Shown: positions 43,901 to 57,142 of the stretch, piece by piece
Position numbering within the stretch: position 1 is the first letter of the stretch
Layout of the letters: every line of letters begins with the position of its first letter
Source of the DNA: Folioceros fuciformis
Taxonomy: Eukaryota
DNA: 63,190 nt
Direction: 5' to 3'
Assembly (NCBI GenBank): GCA_049999805.1
Contig: JBNGIO010006298.1
Coordinates: 294,309 to 357,498, forward strand
Made by a program: the position numbers and the translations under genes
The notes under the pieces: generated by a model
Database searches by the model: none
Told to the model about the DNA's origin: nothing
Seen by the model: the letters and a program-made list of their open reading frames with translations, nothing else

Positions 43901-46900
43901 CCTACAATTATGAGTGGACAAGATGAAAACGTAGAATAATGGCAACAATAAAGGCATTCATGAGAATAACGGCTGATGGGAGTTGCGGGCCCGTCAGCAG
44001 TCATTGGGAAGGATTGCCCTTAAGATAAATAAGGGGCATCAGGAGAAGAAGGCAGATTGCCTGATGTCTACTAAGTAAGCTAGAAGCAGACGGATCCCAC
44101 AGGACAACATCTTGATGGTCATGAAGCACTGATTCTCCAGGTGAAAGAAAGGACCTTGAATACATCAGGCAATCCCTTGGCATCCAAATACCGGTGGGGA
44201 GCATGGTGAAATCGGGACGGAGGAAATTGAGATAACTCAAACACAAGGGTGTCTTGAGAAATACTCCGCAAAGGAGACACAAGTGGTCTCTAAGTGATTT
44301 ACCACGTGATGACAGATTACTCACGGTTGCGCTTTGCTGGCAAGACGATCTTGAAACTAGCCAGCATACTGGAGGTGGAACCATAAGAATTCTTGCAATG
44401 GCTATGGGTGGAAGTCATTGACCTCTTGTTGTGGCTAGCAGATTGGACAAAAGAGGGAACAAATGTTGATTTTGACAACATGCCATACATAGTGTCATGT
44501 AGAGGACGAGATGGTGTTTCTGCGATTAGGCTGGACCAACGAGAGCACACCTGAAACTAGCACCTACACCCTGAGTTCACCACACACTGTGATTCGTGGG
44601 TCATGAGGCGAGCGTGAGTGGAGTCGAAGCCCAACAAGGGCATTGAGCTTCGAGAAGCCAGAGCAAGTACAGTTAAGAATGGAGCACGAGCGAGTGCCCA
44701 GAAAGAACGACGTATTTACGAGCAAGCATGGTAGCATGTCACTTCCTAATTTTGAAAAAAAATTTAGATGGGCTTTGAACGAAATGGTATCAAAGTACAA
44801 GTCCAAATTCACCGCAGAGATAACACTGAGGAAGATGAGCACCTTCCTGTCTGGGGAGGCTTTGACATGTTACCATGATTGCAAGGAGAAGATCATAGAG
44901 GATTCACGTGCTTTGATGCACGGGGGCAGGATGAAAGGAAGCCTAATGGAGGATGGAAGCATGGGTGGTGCATCAACCTCAACGGAACCAGTCACATGCT
45001 TGGTCGACAACATGTTTCGAAAGTTCGCTGAGATGTTTCTGGTGTCATCGATTGAGAAGATCTAAGAACTTGCAAAATTTTCCACCCAGCCTAATGAACC
45101 ACTAAGGTTGGCCTATTTGTGGCTACGACAATTGGTAAAGGGCACCAAGGTGAAGACCACAAGGGAAGCCCCTCATATTTACATAGAGGAGTTATTTGGG
45201 AGGCAGAGGAGAGTCATTGCTGATTTCTTGCACATGTTACATGATGTTGAATATGAATTGGATCAAGCATATGAGATGGCGAAAAGGGTAATGAAGGGTG
45301 ATGCTGTCACTAACGTCTATTGGGAGGAGCACCATGTGCTGTGAACACCATTGCATGCTCAGGCAAAGAGGCAGGGACGATTCAGTTATCGTGAACCATC
45401 CCAAACCAATTTGCAAAGGAGAACATCTCCAGCAAATTAGAGAAGCGCCAACAACTCAGTAACAAGCAAGTCGGGAGTTAAATGTCCCAGGTGTCGGGGA
45501 ATGCATCGAGCCGTTGATTGTGACTAAAGGGAAGGCAGGTCAAAGGAAAGGGAAATCTGCAAGGTCATGTGGTAGGATGGGACATGCTGAAGCAGCATGC
45601 TGCAAATCACACCCCGAGCTCAGGCCCAAGGGATTGAGTGAAAGGAGTGTGCACAAGCCGGACACAATTGCCAGTTACTCACGAAGGGCGTTGCTCGGAG
45701 ATGTGCATAGGTTGTAAACACAATTGGCTATGGGGGTGAGTGAGAACAAGAATGTCGAGATGGGTGAGGAGGAATGCGACTCCGGGGATGAGATGTGCGC
45801 ACTCATAGCAGAAAAAATGAACTTCCCAAGAACAAGTGTGGAGTTTGGAGCAAGAGTGAAGGCTAAGCCATCGGGCATGCAGACGCAACCTAGCATGCCT
45901 TAGTCATTTTAGCAACTAGAAGAGGGAGTTGAAACGAGCATGTAAGAGAAACATCTGTCTGGTGATTAGATGTTTAAAGATATTATGAGCATGCCCGTGA
46001 TGAGCTTGCAAGATATGGGGTTCAAAGGTGTGCCACTCAAACGAGTCATACGTGCCTTGGTAAAATAGGAGCTGAACCAGATGGAGGTTTTCGCAGGAAT
46101 GCTGGGGTTATAAGGTGGCCATTTGAAGCCGAAAGCCAAGGGCAAAGGTGGCATTGCATTGGTGAAAAACCAAGGAAGCGAAGTTACACTCAATGGTTTC
46201 GCTCCATAAAATGTGTTGATTCACACTTATGCGAATCCAATCATCCTGGGAGCTAGGGTGCAAAGGGCGCTATAGTTGTTTGGGGAAAAGCTCATAGCCA
46301 GCGATGTGACGATCATGACCTCTACAGGCACTAAGGAACAAGTGCTGGGCATAACGAGGGAATCGATAAGCATCGAGTTCAAGTCAGGAACAACTGAAGC
46401 GTGCACCATGCGAGGGCAATGTTTGATATCAACAACTATGAATTATGAGGTGCTATTTGGAGCGGACGCCAGTCACGGGCCAGCCATGGGCGTGGACCCA
46501 CTACAATCTGTTGCATTCTACCAGTTGGGATGGCAACAGGGGGATTCTACGCGAGTGGCCATAATACCTCTGGAGATGACAAGGCGCAGTGACAGACAAA
46601 AATGTGTACCGACCAGCTTTTCCTATGCTACTCAAATCCCACATAGGGGAGACCTATGAGAGGAGACACTAGACCTCATGAGTGAAGAGGTAAGAAATGA
46701 GCGGGAAGGAAAAATTGTTCTCGCAAATTAGGAAACGCCCGTGCTGCGAAGCAGATTACATGCAGAATGACGGTGACCGAAGAGGTGAATGGATTGTAGT
46801 CCAAGCAGTATGTGCCTAGAGAATTGCTTGCCGAGGGCTAGGGTCTTAGGATTAAAGATGTGCTGATACAAAACTGTGTCATAGCTTGGAGACCAGGGGG

Positions 46901-46909
46901 TAAAGGAAA

Positions 46910-47845
46910 CACCTAATGGAGTTGTGTTCCAGAATTAGCAGTGGGCTGGAGGTGGTGTAGCGGTGTGGAATTCTGGTGAGGACGTATACGTGTGTAGAGC
47001 TAGATAACTATGCATGTGCAATGAACAAGGTACGCATACTTGGCCTACGAAAGGAATATCCCGACATGCTCGGCAAAGGAGCAATAAAAGGATGCTAGAG
47101 CCGTCTCGCACATGATACATAGATGGTCGGAAGGCAAAAGTTGATGGTATTTAGGTCACCTGTGGACATGCTACTAGCAGGATGGAAGTGCAAATCTTTG
47201 TCCAAAGCGGGCTAAGGAAACGAGGAACGACTAGATCAGGTGAGAGAGGTGATTCGAATCCTTAAAGAAGTATAGAGGATGAATCCTTCATGCTGGTACA
47301 TATTGGAGAATGTCTGTGAGGCCTTTGACCGGCAAGAACGAGTAAGAAAGGATTACAGTCAGCTACGAAAATCGTTGGGGAATGAATTCATTATCGACAC
47401 AGTGTAGACTGGTTCATAAGCACACCGCGTTCGTAGATTTTGAACAAACATTGCCAATGTGAAGATATTGAGGTAGCGCAGGAGGGCCACTCGACCTCCC
47501 GCACGACTGGTGAATGAAATTCTAGAAGACGGTCGCAAGGTGCAAGAGGTAAAAAGGGGAGACAACCCTCCAACTTTCTAGTCAACGTGGTGGGGGAACC
47601 AAGGAGGGCGTGGCCCACACTTGTAAGTAAGTCACAACCCTATGAATTTGGGCGCAATAGGATGGGGTGGTACTCAACCAGAAAGGTGAGGAAGTCGATG
47701 AGCCGCCAATCATGGAATGGGAGTGCGGAATGGGCTTCCGGACGAGCGCAATTGCAACCCAAGGAATCACAGAAGCCTACAAATGCAAGCTGGTGGGACA
47801 AGCGTACGACCTATGGTGTGTATAGTGGTTAATTTGTGTGGGTAT
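46910..47845 (+). pseudogene. Cytosine-5 DNA methyltransferase domain within the gypsy polyprotein (pseudogenised)
   Basis: Reading through stops: motif I-like LMELCSRISSGLE; II CVELD; IV VDMLLAGWKCKSLSKAG (Cys codon 47189-47191); VI YILENV (47297-47314); VIII GS*AHRVRRF*TN (47411-47449); IX/X EWECGMGF...KLVGQAYD. Canonical order and spacing, with two frameshifts near the end. Confidence 0.82.
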
Positions 47846-49513
47846 CATCACACAATTGATGAACTGTGTGCATCGAGGAATAACATACTTAGAAATCACA
47901 CGAAATGATAAGAGTAAGCTTGCATACGGACAAGAGGAGTTATGACGGAATGTATGTGGAGCAAAAACCAGTTCACGTAAAAAAGGGGCACCAGACAGGC
48001 ATGTTTGGCAAATATGTCAAGAGTTGGAGGAGGAGGATCAGCAAAAGATCCGATTGATGTTGGAGGAAAATCGACACGCCTTCGCATTTAGTTGGGAGGA
48101 GTTGGGTAGATATGATCGGATTAAGTTCCAAATCCTAACCAAGACTGATGAAACTGTGTATAGGCGAAGGCATCGCCTTAGTGCCATGGAATGGGATATC
48201 ATGGACTAGTGTTGTAAGGAGTTGGTAGCAGTAGGATTGATCCGGAAATCCACATCTCAATATGCTACTGCGATAGTCTTGCCTATGAAGAAGGATGAAA
48301 ACGGAGAGTGGACAAACAAACGCATGTGTGGAGACTATCGGGCGCTGAATGATGTGAGCCCTATGAAGAGGTACTCCATTCCCACACCAGATGAGATCTT
48401 TGATGCAATCGAAGAAGCAACTTATTTAATCACACTTGACTTTTGACCCGAATTCAATCATATAGTCATTGAGGAAGATCATAAATGTAAAACCGCCTTG
48501 TGGGGGAAAGATCAATTGTGGTAGTGGGAGACGATGCCGTTTGGATTAAAGAACACATTGAGGTACTTTCAGCAGGTAGCTGACATGAAGCTGCAGGGAC
48601 TGTTGTTTGTCAGGTGCTATATTAATGACATATTGGTGTTCAATAACATCTTGGAAGAGCATTTGGAGCATCTAAGGATGCTACTACAAAGGCTGGCTAG
48701 GTCAAGATTAAAGGCACACCCAAAGAAGTGTAAGTTTGCATATAAGGAGACTGAATACTTGGGACACAAGATTATTCCTAGTAGTGTGTTGCCGCAACTG
48801 GCTAAAGTTTAGGCAATCAACAACATGCCCAAGCCCAAAGGTGTGGCTACACTTAGAGCATTTTTAGGCTTGGTAAACTATTATCGAAGATTTATTCGAG
48901 ACATGAGCGTGGTGTGCCTGATGAAAATAGGGTGTTAATACATTAGGTTTCGTTTGGTGAATGCATTCATAGCTACTATAAGTCTAGGTGCCCGTTCATT
49001 TGGGTTACGTCCTTTATGAAAGGGTGTGTCTATTCACCCTACCTAGCTTAAGTTCAGTTATTTGTCTATGCTGTACATAATTATTTTTTAATCAATATAA
49101 TAATGTAATTGTTTTATAGCAATTGGTCTACACCAATTTCCATATTTTCTCATGGTATCAGAGCAAGGTTTAGGTGTAGATTACACTTGTGATAATGATT
49201 ATTAAAATCTGCACATTCTGATGTGCAGGACAATGTATTTTGTTTATATGTTTTATTGTTGCTTTCTTTTAAAGAAACTATTTTAAAACATACTTCAAGA
49301 AATAGGTTTATAGCTTTCTTGATTTTATATTTAGAAGATTTGCACTTCTAGTAGGTTGTTCTAGTGTATCCATTGTCAGATTGCACTCTAGCAATCTGGC
49401 ACTAGGCACGCTAGAACAACTGCCAGAATTGGCAAATATTTAATTATAGAATCATTCACAAAGTTACAATTGTTTCTTGAAAAATAACAAAATACAAAAG
49501 CTTGGCCAAATGA

Positions 49514-50209
49514 ATGGCCAATTTGGTGGACAGGCAGCAAGAGCGGCCACGCCCTGCTGAGCGCATCCAACAGAGGAATGGCCACAGAGGACAACGAATT
49601 CAAGAGGGCAGGTTGACTTTTGCAGAATCACTTTACCATCAAACTCTGGATTGGATTCTTCAAACACAAGACCATCCTGAACAATCCCGGCTGGTGAGAG
49701 ATTCCTTCAACAATCTGCTTGAGGCTATCTTCCCACAACAGCGCTATTTGTTGCTTCCTCCACCACCCAGGAATCAAATTAATCTTCCACCCATTGTAAA
49801 CGATAACCCTAGGGGTTTCTTGACAACACACACATCACCATATGTTAGTGTGTCACAATTAAATGCAAGAATAGAAACACTTCAATAGCATGTTGACGAG
49901 CGTTTTCAGAGCATTCGTCACAAGATAGCTGAAGTCAGTGTTGACTTGCAAGATTTGAAGGAACGTATAGGACATTTGGACTTCAAGTTGCTTACCTTGC
50001 TTAAGCCCGTTTTGCTAACAAATCCTGCACTTAGAGGTGTTGCTAACAAGAATTATAAACAACACACTTTTGACGCTCCAAATTCCTGTCCTTCATGCTC
50101 TGTTTATGCATTTAACAGATGGGAGATTAGACATCAAAGGATAGAAAATAGATTAGCAAATCAATAGGCCAATTTACCTCAAGTTGGTAGATTTGCTCAC
50201 CCCTTGTAG
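49514..50209 (+). pseudogene. Extra ORF upstream of gag in the copia element (~231 codons, two in-frame TAG)
   Basis: ORFs 49514-49888 and 49946-50167 share one frame, which continues to TAG 50207-50209; coiled-coil-like segment LNARIETLQ...LQDLKERIGHLD. Confidence 0.6.
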
Positions 50210-50217
50210 ATAGGGCT

Positions 50218-51547
50218 TGTGGAGTGATTTCTTGCACACCCAAGAACCACCAAGGGGCCACACTTCCCCTTATTATCGTTGCAGTCTTATGATTCGCTCC
50301 CAAGGGAGTGAACTAATGTCAAGGTTACTTACATCTCCCTAATCTCACCCTATCTATTAGCATATACCAAGTGCTACAGCAATAGATCAGAATTCTCGGT
50401 CCTGTCTTCGGCTCCTACCACAACACCAACCCTAGCCTCAACAAAATGAGAACTCCAGTATTGTCTTCAGCCCTCGTTTCCAACTCCAAGTATCAATCAC
50501 TTCAGTGCTGAGAGGAGGCTCCAGCCCCAAGTCTGGCCTCCAACTCTCAGCACCTAGTGCTAGCTACCTCCGCAGCTGAACGAGAACCTCAACTTCAGCT
50601 AGCTCCTCACTCCAGCTTCAACACTTCATTCCACCACTTCAGCACTTCACTCCAGTATTTCAGTCCTTCACTTCAGCACTTCAGTCCTTCACTTCAGCAC
50701 TTCACTTCATCCTCCAGCCCCTCACTTCAGCTCAACTCCTCACTTCAACACTTCCACTTCCAAAATCTGCAACTCAACCCCTCTCTCCTGCAATTTGGAA
50801 CACAACAGCCTTCCCTCTTGCAGCCTTCAAGGCAGAGACGAGGCCTAGGGCTGGGTAGCCTCCTTAGCTCACGGCCTTGCAACCTCACCTCAGCCAGCAT
50901 GCAAGGTGGTCAGCCATTGCGGATCAGGCCACACGAATCTTTGCAGTCTTGGGATCCTCTACGTTCCCCTAGTGGCAAGGGAAATCAGGACCTTGGTTTA
51001 GTCTCCACCAGCTCAGCGCCCTAAGCCAGGAGTTCTGCACCCAAGGTCCAGGGAAATCGCACCGTAGACAGCCCCCTCCTCAATGGCAGGTCTAGCCTCT
51101 TATACTACCTTGGCCCAAACCTCTATCTCTATCCATTAGGGTTAGCCTCAATCAATCACCCAGCAATCTCTCTCTGACCTAAGCCGCCCCTAATTCTGAC
51201 CTAAACCCGACTTTGACCTAACCCTAACTTTGACCCAAACCTAGTTCTGACCTAATAGGGGTTGTGTCCCATGGACACCACTGGGTGCCCTTACCAAAAT
51301 TGACCAACCTCTCAAGACTACCAAAATGGTCAGTGCCTCTCAACACTCTCCCTCCTCTCTCAAATCATTCCATCCCTTCTCTCAGATCATTCCAGTAACC
51401 CTTCAAAGATGCGTCTCGCCTCACCATTAATCTAGCTACTAATCTAACCTAATCTTTTAACCATTTCACCACAGGGTTCACTTAGAGATTCCCAAAAAGA
51501 GAAATCCTACTATTTTCCAAGGACCTATTCAGCATGTGGAGTCCACA
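50218..51547 (-). mobile_element. 1330-bp solo LTR nested in the copia 5' region
   Basis: Termini TGTGGA...TCCACA form a 6-bp inverted repeat; perfect TSD GGGCT (50213-50217 and 51548-51552). A TATA-like TATAAG on the minus strand near 51100 suggests the orientation. Confidence 0.85.
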
Positions 51548-51698
51548 GGGCTGCTCCTGCAGTTTATCTAAGATGCAACAGTAGCATCTTACCTCTTCCC
51601 AGTCTTTCACTTCAATTTGTACCTTGTCTGGATAGGCTACAAAGCTGCATACAGCCATTTCTCCTAACAGTTAGGATAGAATTACTACATTCTAATAA

Positions 51699-54600
51699 AT
51701 GGCAGACACCACTACTGTAGTTAGTGATATTTTTAAGGAGAAAGATAGATTTGGGGGGACTGACTATGACATCTGGGTCATGCGTATGAAAGGAGCCTTA
51801 CAAAGTAAGAAGCTATGGAAGATAGCAACAGGAAATGAATCACTTCCAACACCTACTGCATCTTCTGAATCTTCTCCTTCTTCTGCTGAAAAAAAAGATA
51901 CCAAGAAGCTTGGTATACAAAGGATGAAGCTGCAATGCACCTATTGAGAAGTGGACTAACCTCTGACATGCTGCGACAGACTTCTGGCTACAATACATCT
52001 TTTGAGATATGGACCTGATTACATGAGCTGTACGCAGGTGTTAATACCACAAGTCATATGAAAGCCCTTCGCAACATTCAAAATTGCAAAATGAGAGAAG
52101 GGGAGACAGTTGAAAAACATGTTGGGCATTTTAGAACACTTGTTTTTAAGTTAGAAAGTGCTTCACAGGAGGTTCTATCTGATGAGCTGCTTACCTTATA
52201 TTTCATGATGTCTCTCCCTGACTCATGGTCACACTTTGTGACATCTTACAATGCTTCTTAGCTACAGGCTTCAAAGATAGCTAAGGCTGCAGGTGTCACA
52301 ATACCACAGACAACATTTTCTAAGTTAGTGGGAGCTCTTCTTCAGGAAGAAGCTACAAGAGGACAAAACAGGTGTGCTGGCAAGCACCAGGCTATTTACA
52401 CCACAAATAAAAACAAGGGCACGAGGCCCAACTTCAAAGGTAAACAGAATACCTTTCAAGGTGCTGGTGCCTCACGGCGAGGGACAGCACAGAAGAAACC
52501 CAAGAAGTCTGGAAAATGCCACTGGTGCCAGATTCCAGGACATTGGGAAAATGAATGTCGAAAGAAGCAGGCCGGAGTACCTCGCAAGGAGGGCAACTCT
52601 ACTTCTGAGACACATGTTGTGGTGAAAAAGCAAGGCTCACCTTCTGCCCTTATAGTAGGGATTAGGAAGTTTGCATATCCTCTTGTTAAACCGACCTGTT
52701 TGTCTGCAAACACACAAGGTAAACCAGTCAGCGAGTGGTACCTTGATACAAGTGCAACACCGCACATATGCTTTGACAAAAATGCCTTTGTCACATACGA
52801 GTTAGTAGACAATCAGTTTGTTTACTTAGGTGATGACCGATCACTAGTGTCTCCAGGCAGAGGCATTGTAGAAATTCCAGTCCCTTCTGGAGTTACACTC
52901 ATATTGAAAGATGTGTACTATGTTCCAGAAATGACTAGGAATTTCATCTCTGTTAGGAGACTCAACATGGATAATAATACTTACATCCTATTTACTCCTA
53001 CAGAGTGTAGGATCATTGATGCCTTTGACCATCGTAAGATCCTAGCTTATGGGTCATCCTCACATGACCTCTTCCGTCTGCATACAGACAGCCATATAGC
53101 ACAAACACATTTAGCTTCTAAGTCTACAGAATCTACTAGTAAGTTAAAAGACAAAGCTAAATTATGGCATGCTCGCCTAGGTCACCCACATAGTGCTAAG
53201 TTACAGAAACTTGCACACAATGACCTGTATGCTGATGGAAAAATTGGCACATTGCCACCCTTACCTCTTTGTGAAGCCTGTGTTTTTTCCAAACGTCATC
53301 AGGCAGCTTTTAAGAATAAAGCTCCCTACAGGGCTTCAGAAGTTCTTGAGCTGGTTCACACAGACTTCTGTGTACCTCTCTCACAGCCTTCAATTAGTGG
53401 AGGCAAATATTTCCTGACATTCACAGATGACAAAACGAGGTTTTTCATTGCTTATATCCTGAAAGCCAAAAGTGAATGCTTTTCTCTCTTCAAAGGATAT
53501 ATGAAGTACACAGAACGCTGGACTGGCAAGCAGTTAAAAACCCTCAGATCAGATAATGGAGGTGAATTTACTTCTAGTGAATTCCAATCTTTTTGTACAG
53601 TAGAGGGAATAGGAAGGCAACTCACAGTTGTGTATACACCACAGCAAAATGGTGTGGCAGAACACTTGAATATGACCTTGCAGGAAATGACTTCCTCTAT
53701 GCTTCATCAAGCTTCTCTGCCCCTTCGCTATTGGGCTGAGGTCCTCATGACAGCAGCGTACTTGCATAACAGGCTGCCTACCAATGCCCTTGTAGGACAG
53801 ACCCCCTATGAAGCATTCTTTGGCAGAAAACCAGCTATCTTACACCTTAGAACCTTTGGATGCATAGCTTATGCATTTATCCCAAAGAAGAAACGTCCTA
53901 AGTTAGCTGCTAAAGCCAAGAAATATCTTGTGATAGGCTACACTAAAGGTATTAAAGCATATAAATTATATGATGTACCTGAGAACACTGTGGTTTATGC
54001 CCGCAGTGTTACTTTTGATGAACAACAAGTTTGGCAGCCAGTGGGAGCTTCTCCCACTTCTTCAGATAACTTTGATTTATCTGCTCTTCCTAACATCACT
54101 GTTTTCCCTGATTACCCTAATGAGGAGTTTGCTCCTGAAAGGGAGGAAGACAACGAGCACAGTGATAATGAGGATAATTAGCAGGAGGTTGCAGATGCTG
54201 AACTTGATTTTGCTGCTGATATTCAAGACCAACCTCCTCATGCCTTTTCGGATCCTGAACCCATTGTTCCAGCAGATGTTGAGCTTGATCCTGATCCTGT
54301 TGTTCTTGTGGATAGTGATCCTGAGAATATTCCAGCTCCTATTGAAGAGCCAGCTCCTATCCCTGTGCGTCATTATCCTACAAGAGACAGACGTGCACCA
54401 GATTATTATCAATCACAAGACTTTAGGGGACCTTCCATACATGCAGTTGATCTTGATCCTGTGGAACCTCAGACTTATGAAGAAGCCTTAAGTCGCCCTG
54501 ACGCTGCTGAATGGAAGAAAGCCATTCAATCTGAATATGAATCTTTGATAAAAAATGGAACATGGGAGTTAACTAAACTACCTCCAGGACGCAAGCCAAT

Positions 54601-56062
54601 ATCTTGCAAATGGGTGTTTAAGCTAAAGGTCAAGGTAGATGGTACCTTTGATCGTTATAAAGCCAGGCTTGTAGCCAGAGGCTTTTCTCAAATACCGGGC
54701 CTTGACTACCTTGAAACTTATGCTCCTGTTGTTAAGCTGGCCACATTTCGCACTATTTGTGCATTGGCAGCACACAATGATTATGAGTTGGACATGTTTG
54801 ATGTAAAGACAGCCTTCTTACATGGAAAGCTGGATACAGAAATTTACATGCAACAGCCACAAGGATACGAGGTGAAAGGGAAAGAAGATTATGTCTTACG
54901 TTTAATCAAGACCCTGTATGGTCTAAAACAATCAGCTCTTAAATGGAATGTTGTCTTGGATGAAGAGCTGCGAGCATTAGGCTTTGTCACATGTGTCTCA
55001 GATGGGAGCCTATATGTATACAGGACAAATGAAGTGGTTTGTTACCTGGCAGTATACGTTGATGACCTCATATTGGCTTGTAACAGTCCCACCTTCATCA
55101 AAGACATGAACAAGCTATTAGCAACCAAATTTGAAATGACACACTTAGGTGCCTTACAAAGCTGTCTTGGTATTCTAATTCAGCGTGACAGAAAGAAGAG
55201 AACTATCTCATTAACACAGCCACGTTACCTTCTTAGTAGTGCGGAACAACTTGGATTGAAGGATGTTAAACCTTCTGCAACTCCTTTGCCTTGTGGACTG
55301 AAGATGAGTAAAACCATGTGTCCTGATACACAATTAGAAAAAATGAAGATGAGTTTAGTCCCTTACAGACAAGCTGTAGGCAAACTCATATATGCAGCTA
55401 ACACCACTAGGCCAGAAGTAGCTTATGCTACTAGCGTCGTATCACAGTATCTGGAAAACCCAGGGCAAACACACTGGACAGGTGTTAAGAGAGTTTTCAG
55501 GTATCCAAAAGGAACTCACAGCATTGGTGTAAAATACAACCACATACCTGGAGTGCCCTTACATCTTGATGTCTATACTGATTCAGACTATGCTGGAGAT
55601 ATAGACACAAGGAAATCAATTTCTGATTATGTTGTTATGTTGGCTGGAGGTCCCATTTGCTGGTCCAGCAAGAAACAGCCTAATGTAGCCCTATCTAGCA
55701 CTGAAGTAGAATATCGGGTACTTACAGCTGCTGCAAAGGAGATAGCTTGGTGCAAGCTGATGTTCAAGGAACTTGGAATTCCCCTTCCAGCCTGCACCAC
55801 AATCCACACAGATAACCAAGGGTCTATGAGCTTGGCACATAATCCTGTTTTTCACTCCAGGACTAAACATGTGGAAGTTGAGTATCACTTTATACGCGAC
55901 CTCATCAAGTCTGGAGATATCAGCCTTGAATATGTGCCTACGTCAGAAAATCCAGCGGACATTTTAACCAAGCCCCTAGGAAGGGAGCTACATGAAAAAC
56001 ACATGAGAGTACTTGGCATGGGAAGCCATGAAGGCAATCCCACTGCCATGTCTAAGCCCTAG
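51699..56062 (+). pseudogene. Copia gag-pol polyprotein (gag, Zn knuckle, PR, INT, RT, RNase H) with a few lesions
   Basis: CHWCQIPGHWENEC, WYLDTSAT, LWHARLGH, LRSDNGGEF, YKARLVARGF, FDVKTAFLHG, LYGLKQS, YVDD, YTDSDY, RTKHVEVEYHFIR, ADILTK. Frameshift at the A-run ~51890; stops near 52016, 52259 and 54179. Confidence 0.95.
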
Positions 56063-56071
56063 CCTACCAGG

Positions 56072-57142
56072 CTATTCATAACCCCAATCAGGACTATCAT
56101 CATTGTCTGAATCTCCAGGAGGAGATTTAAAAGAACCCCTACTCTTTGAGGTGGTGGAATCACCAAGCTTCTCCCATGAAGCATATTCCACAGTGTCAGA
56201 GGAAAAGACTTCATTCTCCAAACGAGGAGACTGTCTCTTCTTCCTCTCCTTGTAGGAGATTCTGTCCTTAGATTCCAAGCTTTGCTCCTCCTCCAGTCGC
56301 TCTTCAGACCCTGTGAGGAGATAGTGGGAGCAAAGTCAGACAAGTGATGATAATTAGCAGGGGGTTAGGAAACAGTTATGCCACAAGCTACCATCAGCAA
56401 GAGGCTTACTGTAGAAGCTGATCATGTAGCCTTTACACTCCAAAAACATTTCAACCCTCACTCTCTTCATGGTGATGCCAGAAACTTGGCACTTGTACCA
56501 CAGCGGGCTGCCCGGCACTTCCCAAGTACTAGGTGTGATCACCTTGGTCTCTGACATGGCGTTCCTTGGAACTGGAAATCTTGGTGGAACTGGAGGACGT
56601 TGGTCAGCACCTTCGTACTCGAACTCACCTCGATTGAAGCGCCTCTGTTCCACAACAGCCCGTGAGTACATGAGCTCAGGAATGCGGCTCCTGGATAGGC
56701 CGCCCATAGCCTCGGCTCTCGAAGATTCGGCAGTCCTAGTCGCCGTCCTCCCTCGTGTTGTGCCTGAACCTTTGCCCGCATCCACAGCGCCTGAAGAACG
56801 TGTTGCTGGAGTTGCTGTAATCTAGCCAGCTGTCTTCCCACCTGTGATGCTGGAAAGACGAAAGCTTGGAGGGGAGACGGAGAGTCCGGATGTCGCGATG
56901 TCGCGCCGCTGGCTCAAGCTTGCTCTGGTAGTGCCTCGCGGCCGCCCCCACGATCTCCTAACGCCGCTAGCTCCTCCTCCTCGTGTGTGTGTCTCTGGCT
57001 GCTGTGCAGGTTGATGCTCTTCCGCCCATGCTCCAATGGCAATTGTTCTAGCCACAGGGGATGTGATGAACCTTCCTGCAGAGTCCCGGTGGTATGTGCG
57101 CCGCTTGGCTGCTAGAGCATCATCAGACCCTGAAGACGCCAT
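56072..57142 (-). pseudogene. Antisense ORF (~356 codons, three in-frame stops) between pol and the 3' LTR of the copia element
   Basis: ORF-track pieces 56822-57376, 56354-56785 and 56072-56278 are in one frame; ATG at 57142 (MASSGSDD); stops TAG 56822, TAA 56354 and TGA 56336. Confidence 0.6.

Noticed and set aside
50557-51024. 155-aa Ser/Gln/Leu-rich ORF
   Set aside because: It lies in low-complexity cttcagcacttca repeats within the solo LTR and has a non-ATG start.
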